The notes beneath the pieces were generated by a model. That model saw only the letters and a program-made list of their open reading frames with translations. It ran no database searches and was not told the DNA's origin. The position numbers were made by a program, and so were the translations under genes. 64,000 nucleotides of DNA from Eledone cirrhosa. Taxonomy: Eukaryota. Location: positions 6,572,001 to 6,636,000 of the forward strand of contig OZ024750.1 in NCBI GenBank assembly GCA_964016885.1, written 5' to 3'. This document shows, piece by piece, positions 40,403 to 52,251 of the stretch. The stretch's first letter is position 1, and each line of letters starts with the position of its first letter.

Positions 40403-40510
40403 CTAGGGCGTGGCGGTGTTGGGATTGCGCCCCACGGACATAACCGCAAAAGCATTTCCGCGGACAATGGCCAGCGACACCCGCTGCATCAGCCACGCCA
40501 CCTCATACGG
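40403..40510 (-). mobile_element. CRE-clade retrotransposon extreme 3' end (second subfamily), next to a (GGT/GAT)n tract
   Basis: Minus strand PYEVAWLMQRVSLAIVRGNAFAVMSVGRNPNTATP*; not reported in the ORF track. Confidence 0.75.
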
Positions 40511-41424
40511 GCTGAGTAACTTGATAGTCGTTTTAAATTGCTCGCTGGTAAATTCATCATCATGCTTTTTTATTCTCAGAGTAAATATACATTGTTAAAT
40601 CGTAAACTCTTTGCAATCCATTAAAAGTGAAACAGAAATTTAATGACAAAATATTCCATTCGACGATAAAGATACTTTTAGAAATTTCGGGGAAAAAAAA
40701 TAAACCAATCTTGAAATGATGTAACAACTAAACAATGTGTGAATGGTGCTTAAATTTCACATCACAGACAAAAATATCAAGGCAGTGTGCAGCAACAATT
40801 GAATATATCCTCAATGAATATGGAAATAGCGAAATACTAGATTATACAAAAGGCTCACAATTTGTCGTTTTTACAATGTTTTTTTCATTCCTAAATACGA
40901 AATTTTAAAAATCTTTTTAGTACAAATTTTCTTTTATTTTATTTTTAAAAATAACTTAGATTTCGTTTTCTTTAGTGTGTGTTCGTGTATATATTGAGAA
41001 AATATCGCAATAATTTGTTGTCTTTGAACTTCTTTGTTTTTTTTTGTTTGTTAGCAAATAAACACTTGAAATGATGTTTAACAAAGTATATACCCTGTGG
41101 ATAAAAAGCATGACAATGAATTTAACAACAAATTTACCAGGTGGTGAAATTACAGGGGATTAATTTATCATAAAGTAATTATCCTCGACGAATTTCTCGA
41201 TGAATTTCTCGAACACCCTATGTATAAGAACTAGGATAGTCCTATATTATTGCAAAATTTAAGTGAATGTAGATGGAAGTGAATATCTACAGCACAGTGG
41301 CAAAGTGTAAAAGCAAAAATGAAAAAAGTTTATTTCATAAAGACAATTCCACTTTACATGCTACTAAGTATATGTATGTTATGTATGTGCACACACATAT
41401 ATGCGTATATATATATATATATAT

Positions 41425-41499
<75 letters not shown>

Positions 41500-41754
41500 A
41501 TAAATTGGAGTGAAAGCAACTGGTGCGTGTATTTCTTATTGGCAACATGACCCTCCCAAAGTATAACAATATATATATATATATATATATTGTTATATAT
41601 ATATATATATATATGTGTAGGTATATATTTGTTTTGTAAATAAATTAACTATGGAGATATAAAAAATACAGAAGCGAAAACCAACCAAACAGTGAGTGTG
41701 TTCTGTTATGATTTCTGGCAATATTACAACAATATGACCCTCCCCATGTATATA

Positions 41755-41811
<57 letters not shown>

Positions 41812-41899
41812 AAAAGGTAAACAGAAATAACAACACAATCGGTACAGTATATGGAAGGGGTATATTAGGTTAACGCTTAATATAGCAGGAAGAGGGTCT
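41812..41899 (-). mobile_element. Family-B fragment starting at the HHR cleavage site
   Basis: Close match to ~1234-1322; homology ends at gagggtct, then TA. Confidence 0.7.
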
Positions 41900-41938
41900 A
41901 TATATGTATATTGTATATATGTATATATATATATATAT

Positions 41939-42155
41939 ATATTTATTAAAATAACAGATTAAAGTTTAAGCAAAGAATCGCTGCTTTCACCCTTAACCAG
42001 AAGATCCCGTTAAGGGTGAAAGCAGCGATTCTTTGCTTAAACTTTAATCTGTTATTTTAATAAATATTTGCTCTACGGTTCTTATATATTTGATATATAT
42101 TTATCCTTATCGAGCCCTCTTTGGATTTTAGTCTTCAAATGTATTATTATTACTA
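41939..42155. mobile_element. Family-C fold-back insert with CAGAAGA variant HHR-like motif
   Basis: ~58-bp arms; CAGAAGA-TCCC GTTAA GGGT-GAAA; right arm carries an ~88-bp tail into TA. Second copy at 59434-59550. Confidence 0.7.
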
Positions 42156-42175
42156 TATATATATATATACATATA

Positions 42176-42645
42176 TAAGGTTACAGTATCGTAAATGAGG
42201 ATAGAAAGATGAGGTATAAAGAGATGCGATACAGAGTGTTATTTGCCAAAAGCGGGTGCATGGGTGCTCGATGCTTGTGTAATCAGGGTTAAATATTAGA
42301 GGAGTTAATATTTAGTGTACTAAGATAAGCAGAGCGGTTATAAGTGAAAATATTAATGAAAGAGTTGCAAGCCGTTAAAACATATTTATATAAAGCTCTT
42401 ACATATGTTTCGCCCAATGGGGCCCTTCTGAGGTAATTATAAAGGCAAAGTATTTAATAAAGTACCCTGTAAAACATGTACCCTGTAAAGTACCCTGTAA
42501 AATATGTTTCTACCCGTACAGGGTACTTTATTAAATAATTTGCCTTTATAATTACCTCAGAAGGGCCCCTTTGGGCGAAACATATGTAAGAGCTTTATAT
42601 AAATATGTTTTAACGGCTTGCAACTCTTTCATTAATATTTTCGTT
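42176..42645. mobile_element. Fold-back insert (~125-bp arms, ~170-bp tail on left) with variant HHR at 42556-42590 (+)
   Basis: CT-CAGAAGG-GCCC CTTT GGGC-GAAA-CATATG-TA-AG; the spacer has three tandem gtaccctgtaaa. Confidence 0.7.
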
Positions 42646-42699
42646 TATATATAGAGAGAGAGAAGTTACTTAATGTTGAGTGCTCAGAAGAATGAATTT

Positions 42700-43055
42700 A
42701 ATTAATTGAAAATACGCCATTAATTAAAACCAAAAAAATTCATTAGAGTTAATGACAAAGATAGTCAAATACAAAGGAGCAAACTTATAAATTTAAACTG
42801 ATGAAATATTAATGAATACAAATTGATGGAGAATTGAGTTCGGGCAGGTAGGGTGACATATTTCGTTCTTTTTGGAGCTCCTCGACAGATTTTAATTTTA
42901 TTCATATTTTCGAAAACGTGCAGTGATTATGAGAATATATAGAATTTCAAGAAAGGAACATTTACTGTTCAGTTGTTAGACAATTTAGAATAATGGTATG
43001 TGGATAGATATACCAAGGATGACTTCTGTAGGAAGAATATATACTAGAAGTTATC
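42700..43055 (-). mobile_element. Decayed PLE 3' remnant: GIY-YIG-like tail plus degenerate HHR (42853-42886)
   Basis: Minus strand FLEILYI...ENMNK (frameshifted), then GT-CGAGGA-GCTC caaaaa GAAC-GAAA-TATG-TC-AC. Confidence 0.4.
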
Positions 43056-43156
43056 TTATATAATGTAATTAGAGTTGGTATGTACGTATGTATGTACGTA
43101 CGTATGTGTGTATATATATATATAAATATATATTTGTATAGACATAAGTTTATATA

Positions 43157-43243
<87 letters not shown>

Positions 43244-43321
43244 ATGTGTGTATATACATAAGTTTATTTATATATATATAAGTTTATATACATAGATAAG
43301 TTTATAAACATAGATAAGTTT

Positions 43322-43408
<87 letters not shown>

Positions 43409-43919
43409 TGTTTAAATGAATATGGATAGATATCTAATATATATCTAATATATATGATTAATTGTATACATGTGTATATGCCCGTATTTTTTATATATAT
43501 ATATATATGTGTGTGTATGTGTGTAGAAAAGAGCAATTTTCAAGACAGTTCGTTTGACAAGCATTTTGAAACATGTTGCTTGAAAAATATTGTGATTTAA
43601 TGAGGCAATGTGCATTGGGAGTCGGTAGAAGGATTAGGGAAGTGTATAGGATGATTGAAGGGGTTGTAATGCCATGGAAATTGCAGAAAATTTCTAATTA
43701 ATGCACATGATAAATGATGTATTCATAGTGACTTTCCAGCTTTAGGCTGAGAATTACTAAAATAATACACATGAAAGTAAGAACTTATAAGTCTCTCTTT
43801 CTCTCTCTCTCTCTTCCTCTCTCTACCTACACATCTATCCTTTTCCTTAGTTTTCTCTCTTTTCTACCACAAACACATAATTCACTATGTATATATATAT
43901 ATATATACACATAATTCAC

Positions 43920-43986
<67 letters not shown>

Positions 43987-44483
43987 ATACACACACACAC
44001 ACACATATATATATAATTACCAACACTCCCACAAGAAAGTGTAACTTCCAAGGTACCAATTCTGCAGCCATTGTTTCTCAGTAACAAAATCTTCAATAAA
44101 AAGAAAACTTCCCAACTATGGTATTCTGATATAGACTTCAGATATTTACTTAAACAATAACTTAATTTCTTATTTATCAATATATTTCTACATCTCACCA
44201 GTTGGCCATTGTTGGTAAACTTTGTTATTGTAGTTGTTGTTGTTAAAGATTTGTTGTTGTTATTATTTTTTTCTCTTTGTTTTAATATTTCACGAATACA
44301 AAAGTCGAAAAAAAGAAAAAATGCAAGAAAAAGAACAAACGAAAACAAAATTCCCAGACAAGACATACTTCTTTGGTTCATTTAGAAAATTGTATGTCTA
44401 GATTTTGTATGTATATATATATATATATACTTACATACATACATATACATACATATATATATATATACATACACACACACACA

Positions 44484-44524
<41 letters not shown>

Positions 44525-44637
44525 TGACATACATACATATACATACATATATATATATACATACATACACACACACGCATATATATATATATACACATAC
44601 ATACATACACATATTTATATATATACATACATACACT

Positions 44638-44763
<126 letters not shown>

Positions 44764-45229
44764 ATATATATGTATGTATGTATATATACGCACATTCATT
44801 CAAACACACAGCAACAGATAGGGCAAGATAGCATACACACAGATATATAATATATATATGCATGTGTGTATATCTATTATATATATATATGTGTGTGTAT
44901 GTATGTATACAATGCATTCATAATTCTCCACATGATACTAAAACGTAAAACTTATATGTTGTTTAGTTTAGTCATAAGAAAAATCTTAAAATAAACAAGC
45001 TGTCAAGAAAATATGTTTTTTGTCTCTACAATAGTGGATGTTTTCCAAACTTTAATTTATTGTGATAACCTTGATAAGATTTTTAAGAAAGTAAAATAGT
45101 GAAACAAAATGTATTTTGATCTTTTCTCTTAAATTTTAAACTTCTTCATGTATCTCTTTCTTTGTGGTTTGGCAGTGTTTTGTTATTCTTATTGTCGGTA
45201 TTATTCAGTATTATAATTCATGGACATCC

Positions 45230-46150
45230 CTCCTCATCTCACTAGTATGTTTTTTGGTCTGAAATCATTGCTACGGAGGTTCGTGACTAAGAAGGACATC
45301 TCTGGTTTGGACTTGGTCACGGAAGAACCGTGTCTATATATGGAAAAGAATGTTAGCGTTATGACGTCGGAGTTGTAGAATTCTAAATTGATTGGTGCCA
45401 TTCTGGAGGAGGAATATCTGAAGATAACTAGAGCACGCCTAAAACGGGACAAGTCAGTGAGCTTGGAATTCAGCACCCGGGGAGAGAGGTCCATGTGGAA
45501 TTATGACTTCTGTCACTGGACCAACGGTCTTGTAAATGTGCTTAAGATCTGGTTCGAACCTAGATCTCCAGGTAGATAAAGTCTGGGAAGAGATAACGAG
45601 CAGGTTGTCAGTCTGAAACATCAGATAGAACCATTTCATTGACTCGGTGATGTACTACCGCCTGAACATCGTCACTTGTCACAGAAAACATCTCACCAAA
45701 TTGAAGTATGTGTTATCTCCCTTGTTATGTAAGAGACACTTTTCACTGATCAGGAGGTCCATCTGCTGCCAACGTTCACTCCAAGAGATTCTTAAGATGC
45801 TGTGACTGACGAAGTGAAGGTACGTACTGGGGCTTACACATCTACAGAGATTACTGAACGTCGACAATAGTTAACAGGTGTAGACGCTTTTTATACGACA
45901 CATTTTTCCACAGCTCGTTTTATTGACCAAGCTACAATCCTGGGTCAAGCACTAACCAGAGTTGGGCGCTTGGTATCTGGAATGTGGTTAGATACCAAGA
46001 ACCCTCCACCAGCTAGACAATATGCTTAATGAAAAGTCAACCATCACATTTTATAAAAGGCTCGTGGAGGATATAAGTGGCGCATGCCTGGGAACGATTC
46101 GAGGTATCGACGCCAATAGACTCCTGGAGAACTTTCAGATTACGATTTGC
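45230..46150 (-). mobile_element. Decayed DIRS/Ngaro-like (tyrosine-recombinase retrotransposon) RT-RNaseH remnant
   Basis: Frameshifted motifs in the expected order: LQESIG, RIVP, SWWRVL, WSERWQ, LMFQTDNLLV, (L)PGVLN-like..DLSRF. Confidence 0.5.
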
Positions 46151-48782
46151 AGATAATTTCCAAACAACATTGGCCTGCAAGTACTATAGAGGAAGTGGAC
46201 TTTAACTATTTAGAATTAACCCTACAGGCTTAGTCCCGTTGGACGGCCAGCAACTAAACCTAACCGAGATACGTACACTCACACAATCAGACAAAATTGT
46301 GCAGTATCCAATGAAAATATCTTAAGGTATTTAACTGTCTCTTTATATTTTGTGTTCAAATCTTCCTAAGGCCAAATTTATCTGTCATTGTTCCTGATTG
46401 ACAAAGTCAAGTACAGAGGTCAATATAATCGATTATACCATTCTACAGAATATGTGACCTGTGCTTCTCTGAGAAATCCTTATTTTCATTATAATTATCA
46501 TTAGCATTGACAAATTTAATTTTTCAATAAATTAACTTGTAGTTAATAATATTAAGCTTACTTCGTTTCCATAGTTTAAATAATTATATTATATTCTGTA
46601 CCAGTAAAATAATTGGGTCAATTGAATCAGCTTTGTTAAGTTCTCTGCTCTACAACAATTGGTTTTATGCCTAGTGGCTTAGCTCGTTTCAATGTTACTT
46701 AAATGCAGTGTACCAGTAAAATAATTGGGTCAATTCAATCAGTTATATTAACTTTTCTTCTCGACAACAATTGGCCTTATGCCTAGTTGAAAGGTTTACT
46801 GAGTTATTGTCTTATTTATCAATTTCCCACCGATGAACACTTCCAATGTGAACTCAAATAATGTAACCTGGTTTCTAAATGCTGGCAAGGAAGGCATTTC
46901 CCCATGAAAGAAGATGGGAGATGAGAGAAGAGGATATATGAGGGGGGGGGGGGGGAGAAAAGAAGATGAAGAAGAAGAAGAAGAAGAAGAAGAATGTAAA
47001 GATAGAAGTAGGTGATGTGAATGAGGTTGAAACTCCACCCCTGCTCCACATTTTACATGCATACACACACACAATTATACATACATACACTCACACACAA
47101 TTATACATACGTTTACATACATACACTCACACACAATTATACATACATACACTCACACACAATTATACATACGATTACATACAACTAAATTCTCTTATTA
47201 AAGCTATGAGAAAAGGACGGGAGGGAGGTGTGGAGAAAAAAAAAGGTGGCAAGGAACCAACTAGATGGTTCAAATGTAAGTCTCTAATAAACGAGCTTCG
47301 CCAGATGCCTTGATGGAATTAACTATGGTGCTGAACTTAACTGTTTAGCACACACAACTTTCTTCTTTCTCTTCTCATTCTCACTGGCTTCAAAAGCTAT
47401 TAAGCTAAGTTATTTCCCTGAGGCAGGCTGGCAGGCAAGTGGCAAGCTGTGGCAGCAATGTGCAATAGGGGTGGGCAGAAGCTATGACCAGCGTCAGGGG
47501 TAACTTCCAAGTAACAACCCTTAACACTACCACCACCACTACACCTTTACAACAACCAGCACAACCATTACCACCACGGCCACTACAACTTCACCACTAC
47601 CACCACTACACCACTACAAGAACCACCACCACCACCACTACCACTACAATAACCATCACAACCACTACACCACTACAACAACCACCACTACCACCACCAC
47701 CACTACAACAGCCACCACCACTACCACTACAACAACCACCACCACAACAACCACCGCTACCACCACCACCGCTACTACCACCACCACTACAACAACCACC
47801 ACCAATACCACTACAGCAACCATCACAACTACTACACCACTACAACAACCATCGCTACCACCACCATTACAACAACCATCACAACTACTACACCACTACA
47901 CCACTACAACAACCATCGCTACCACCACCATTACAACAACCATCACAACTACTACACCACTACACCACTACAACAACCATCGCTACCACCACCATTACAA
48001 CAACCATCACAACTACTACACCACTACACCACTACAACAACCATCGCTACCACTACCATTACAACAACCATCACAACTACTACACCACTACACCACTACA
48101 CCACTACACCACTACCACCACCACTACCACCACTACCACTACAACAACCACTACCACCACTACAACAACCACCACCAATACCACTACAGCAACCATCACA
48201 ACTACTACACCACTACACCACTACAACAACCATCGCTACCACCACCATTACAACAACCATCACAACCACTACACCACTACACCACTACCACCACCACTAC
48301 CACTACAACAACCACTACCACCACTACCACCACCACTACCACAATTTACATTCTGTAGAAGTGGAGTAGTTATTATGACTGGAGACTGGAGAAGTGCCAA
48401 TAGATGCAATGGTGGCAGGATTATTTGGACATCATATGTGGGTGGAAGACACAGTTGGTGGGTGGGGTGTAGTGGTGTGGGTGTGGTTCCCTGGCTGGCT
48501 AGAGGGATAGATGGAGGGGTGTAGGGGTAAAGTGAAGTAATTTTGTTCCCCTCCCTCCACCCTCCTGTTTTTCCTATCTCCTTCTCACTTAACTCCTTAT
48601 CTATCCCACACAACTTCCCCAGACAACCCCCATACATCACCCCACCCCACACCCACCCCACACCCACCCCACACCCACCCACCACCGGCTATATCTTCTA
48701 GTTTCTCTCTTTTAATTGTTTTTTGTTGTTATTTTATACTGTTTACATGAGAAATACGGTTGTTCTCATTGCAGTGGCTGTT

Positions 48783-48860
<78 letters not shown>

Positions 48861-48863
<3 letters not shown>

Positions 48864-49075
48864 AAAAATTGAACAGGGACAGAACAGAGAGGCAGTACGA
48901 CAAATGTTTATTAGATTCACGATATATATATATATATAGGTTTGAAGGTTCACCACTGGATAGAGCTGGTCATTCCGTATGGTCAATCTTGATGTAATAA
49001 TATGGAGAGTACTCAACGTAAAGCAGCTCAACCGTCTTCGTTTGTGTAGTTGGTGGTGCGAGTACGGAGTTAAAT
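48861..49075 (-). mobile_element. Family-F (48861-48922) and family-E (48938-49075) inserts in (TA)n
   Basis: Reverse-complement homology to ~7015-7080 and ~7293-7430. Confidence 0.65.
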
Positions 49076-49132
49076 ATTATAATAATAAAATAACAGGAGG
49101 CTGGACTTGTGTAAATCCTTGAAAGGTTTATT

Positions 49133-49190
49133 ATACTATGATCATTTCAATGACCGGGTTCCGTATGAATCCGGTGATATCATCAGGTAT
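49133..49190 (-). ncRNA. Canonical minimal hammerhead ribozyme
   Basis: ATAC-CTGATGA-tatcACCGGattcatacggaacCCGGTcatt-GAA-ATGATCAT-A-GTAT: stem I ATAC/GTAT, palindromic stem III, AUA triplet. Confidence 0.8.
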
Positions 49191-49268
49191 TTGAAATATA
49201 ATAAATGAATGTAACAGATAAAATCCATGGGGCTGAAAATGATAGACCCAAGTACGATATATATATAT

Positions 49269-49398
49269 GAAGGTAGAACACTGGAGCGTTATATCCGTAG
49301 AGTAGTAGAGCACTCATTCCATGCGACGAGTTTGGTAGAAGTAGTTCCACAACAGTTAGTTCACCATACTGAGAACAATTGTTTCACCTTGCGGATCT
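49269..49398 (-). mobile_element. TA-embedded insert 5'-truncated inside an HHR
   Basis: Minus strand ..GA-TCC GCAA GGT-GAAA-CAATTG-TT-CTC, then a tail ending in TA. Confidence 0.5.
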
Positions 49399-50291
49399 AT
49401 ATTCACGGTAAAGACTTTATCTCAGATAATATCAAATCTATGAGATTTTGATATTTATTTTAAGAACAATACCTTAACATCAGTATGAATGGCCAGTTAC
49501 AGCCAATTTGACCAGAAAGAGTGGAGAGAATTCTGGACAGATAGGCAGGTTTAAATGCTGAAGAGTTAAACAGTGGTGGCGATGAAGATCATGATGATGG
49601 TGATGATGATGTAAGATAAATGGCCCACAAGAATTAACCCAACTTTATAATGGTAAATATCACATGTAGCAGCTGTCTGCAGCTGAAGAATAATGCTGGT
49701 AATTAACAAAAAGTGAAAATTAATTAAAGCAACAAACTACTTAATTATCAAGAATTGAAAGACTTCCAAACAGCTTCCTCAGTCATGATCTTGGTAATTC
49801 TTTAAAGTACCAACTTGAAAGATGGTAAATCATAGTGTAGTAGAACTAGTACTGATGTTTACACTACTGGACATATTGATAGGTTGTAGTCAGTTTAGTT
49901 GGTTTACACAAAGCTCAAATAAAAGTCTGGCTTTAAAGTCTTTAAAGATAATGTTTACTTTTTTATCCTCAAGAGCTTCCACACTCGTTTACATTCTTTA
50001 TAAACCAACAATTTATTTCGTATCATTTACTTAATCGTTAAGTAAATTTCTTGTGTTCTAGCTTACTTTGCATTAAAATGTTTACAAACCAGTAGTTTTA
50101 TTTATTCCTTTGTTTAATCTATTAGTGTTTTAGAATTTAGTCAGAGTAATTTTTATGTTTGCTTAGTTTTGATTTTATAAAGAAAATGGTGCTTTGTTTC
50201 AATTTTGATAAAAGATGTTTGCATTTTTTTAAATTCAAGTATTTGTTTACTAAATCTGCAAACTCACACATTGGCATGTCGTCGTCATCAC

Positions 50292-50338
<47 letters not shown>

Positions 50339-50830
50339 CCACCATCATCATCATCATCACCATCATCATCATCACCACCATCATGATCATCACCATCATC
50401 ATGATCATCATCTGACGGTCTCAGCTAAAATCAACTCAACAATTGATCGTTGCTAAGTCCTGGATTTCAATTCCAGAATCTCTGGAGATGACATCGGAAT
50501 AGGAGAGCTTGCGCCCCCTGTTATTAGTGACTGCCTGTGGTTTCCAAAGCACTAATAGGGATGCAGCCTCATAGGTGGCCTGATGGCTGTGGCCAGCAAA
50601 TCTTACGCTCCTTTTATGTACAACAGATATGCGGGGGAGGCCGGCATATATTTTTTCCCCCTAAAAAAAGAAAATGAACTATCGATTCATTGACATGTTG
50701 TAAGACCCAACTGTAAAGGTTGGTGTCAGGAAGGGCATCTAGCTGCACCTTTACCCACTCAGATACATGCTACCATGAAATTTCCCAAAATACACATGCA
50801 TACACACACACACACATATATATATACATG

Positions 50831-50870
<40 letters not shown>

Positions 50871-50976
50871 CATACATATATATATATATACATGCATACA
50901 TACATATATATATATATATACACACACACACATATATATATACACATCCATACATACATATATATATATATACATG

Positions 50977-51013
<37 letters not shown>

Positions 51014-51068
51014 GCATATATATATATATATATATATACATGCATATATATATATATATATGCATATT

Positions 51069-51092
<24 letters not shown>

Positions 51093-51099
<7 letters not shown>

Positions 51100-51383
51100 A
51101 GATCAAAAGATGGTTAAAGGAGTTCCATGTATTTTATTATGCGCATTTCAAAAACAAACATCATCATGCAATAATATTTGTGTTTTCATCAGATAAAACA
51201 GGATGAAAACACAAATATTATTGCATGATGATGTTTGTTTTTGAAATGCGCATAATAAAATACATGGAACTCCTTTAACCATCTTTTGATCTTATATTAT
51301 GCATACTCCAGTCCTACAAACTGTAGAGTGCTTCTTATCCGATATCTGCATTGCTTTATTGTACTACAATAAAACTCACCTCC

Positions 51384-51386
<3 letters not shown>
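51093..51386. mobile_element. Family-D fold-back insert (~100-bp arms, ~85-bp tail on right)
   Basis: Perfect inverted arms in (TA)n; the left arm contains a complete HHR. Confidence 0.8.
51130..51200 (-). ncRNA. Canonical-core hammerhead ribozyme with long stem II
   Basis: TGTTTTAT-CTGATGA-(aaacacaaatattatt..atgatgatgtttgttttt)-GAA-ATGCGCAT-A-ATAAAATA. Confidence 0.8.
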
Positions 51387-51444
<58 letters not shown>

Positions 51445-51753
51445 GCATACATACATATATATATGTTCCTAGAGTAGAGCTGTGTTTAATCATTGAATTT
51501 GTCAAGTGGTGGTTGCTATGAAACCGAAATGTCACTTCTCCCTTTCTTATAAATAAATCCCCTTCAGCCCCTCCTCCCACCCCACCTCTGCCTAAATATA
51601 TAAAATTTGTTTTAAGATTGGACAGAAACAGGAATAGAATAATGTATAGAATATTAATTGCCTCGCATAGAAGACCAGATGCAACGTTGATGCTGAAGAG
51701 TCCAATTAGCAAAAGGTATTCCCATATCATAAACATCCATATGTTCATAGGTA

Positions 51754-51877
<124 letters not shown>

Positions 51878-51985
51878 ACATTTTTATATCTGAGTTTACA
51901 ATATATATATATATCATATTATATATGTACATATATATATATCATATAATGTATATATATGTACATATATATATATTATATAATA

Positions 51986-52080
<95 letters not shown>

Positions 52081-52196
52081 TATAATATATATATATCATA
52101 TAATATATATATATCATATAACATATATGTATATATATATATATATTATAATATATATATATATATACATATATAATATAATACATACACACACAC

Positions 52197-52251
<55 letters not shown>

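Noticed and set aside
47484-48524. 346-aa Pro/Thr/His-rich ORF and similar low-complexity ORFs (20484, 23015, 39866, 57054, 62291)
   Set aside because: Derived from (CAC/CTA/CAA)n cryptic repeats, with no splice or domain evidence.
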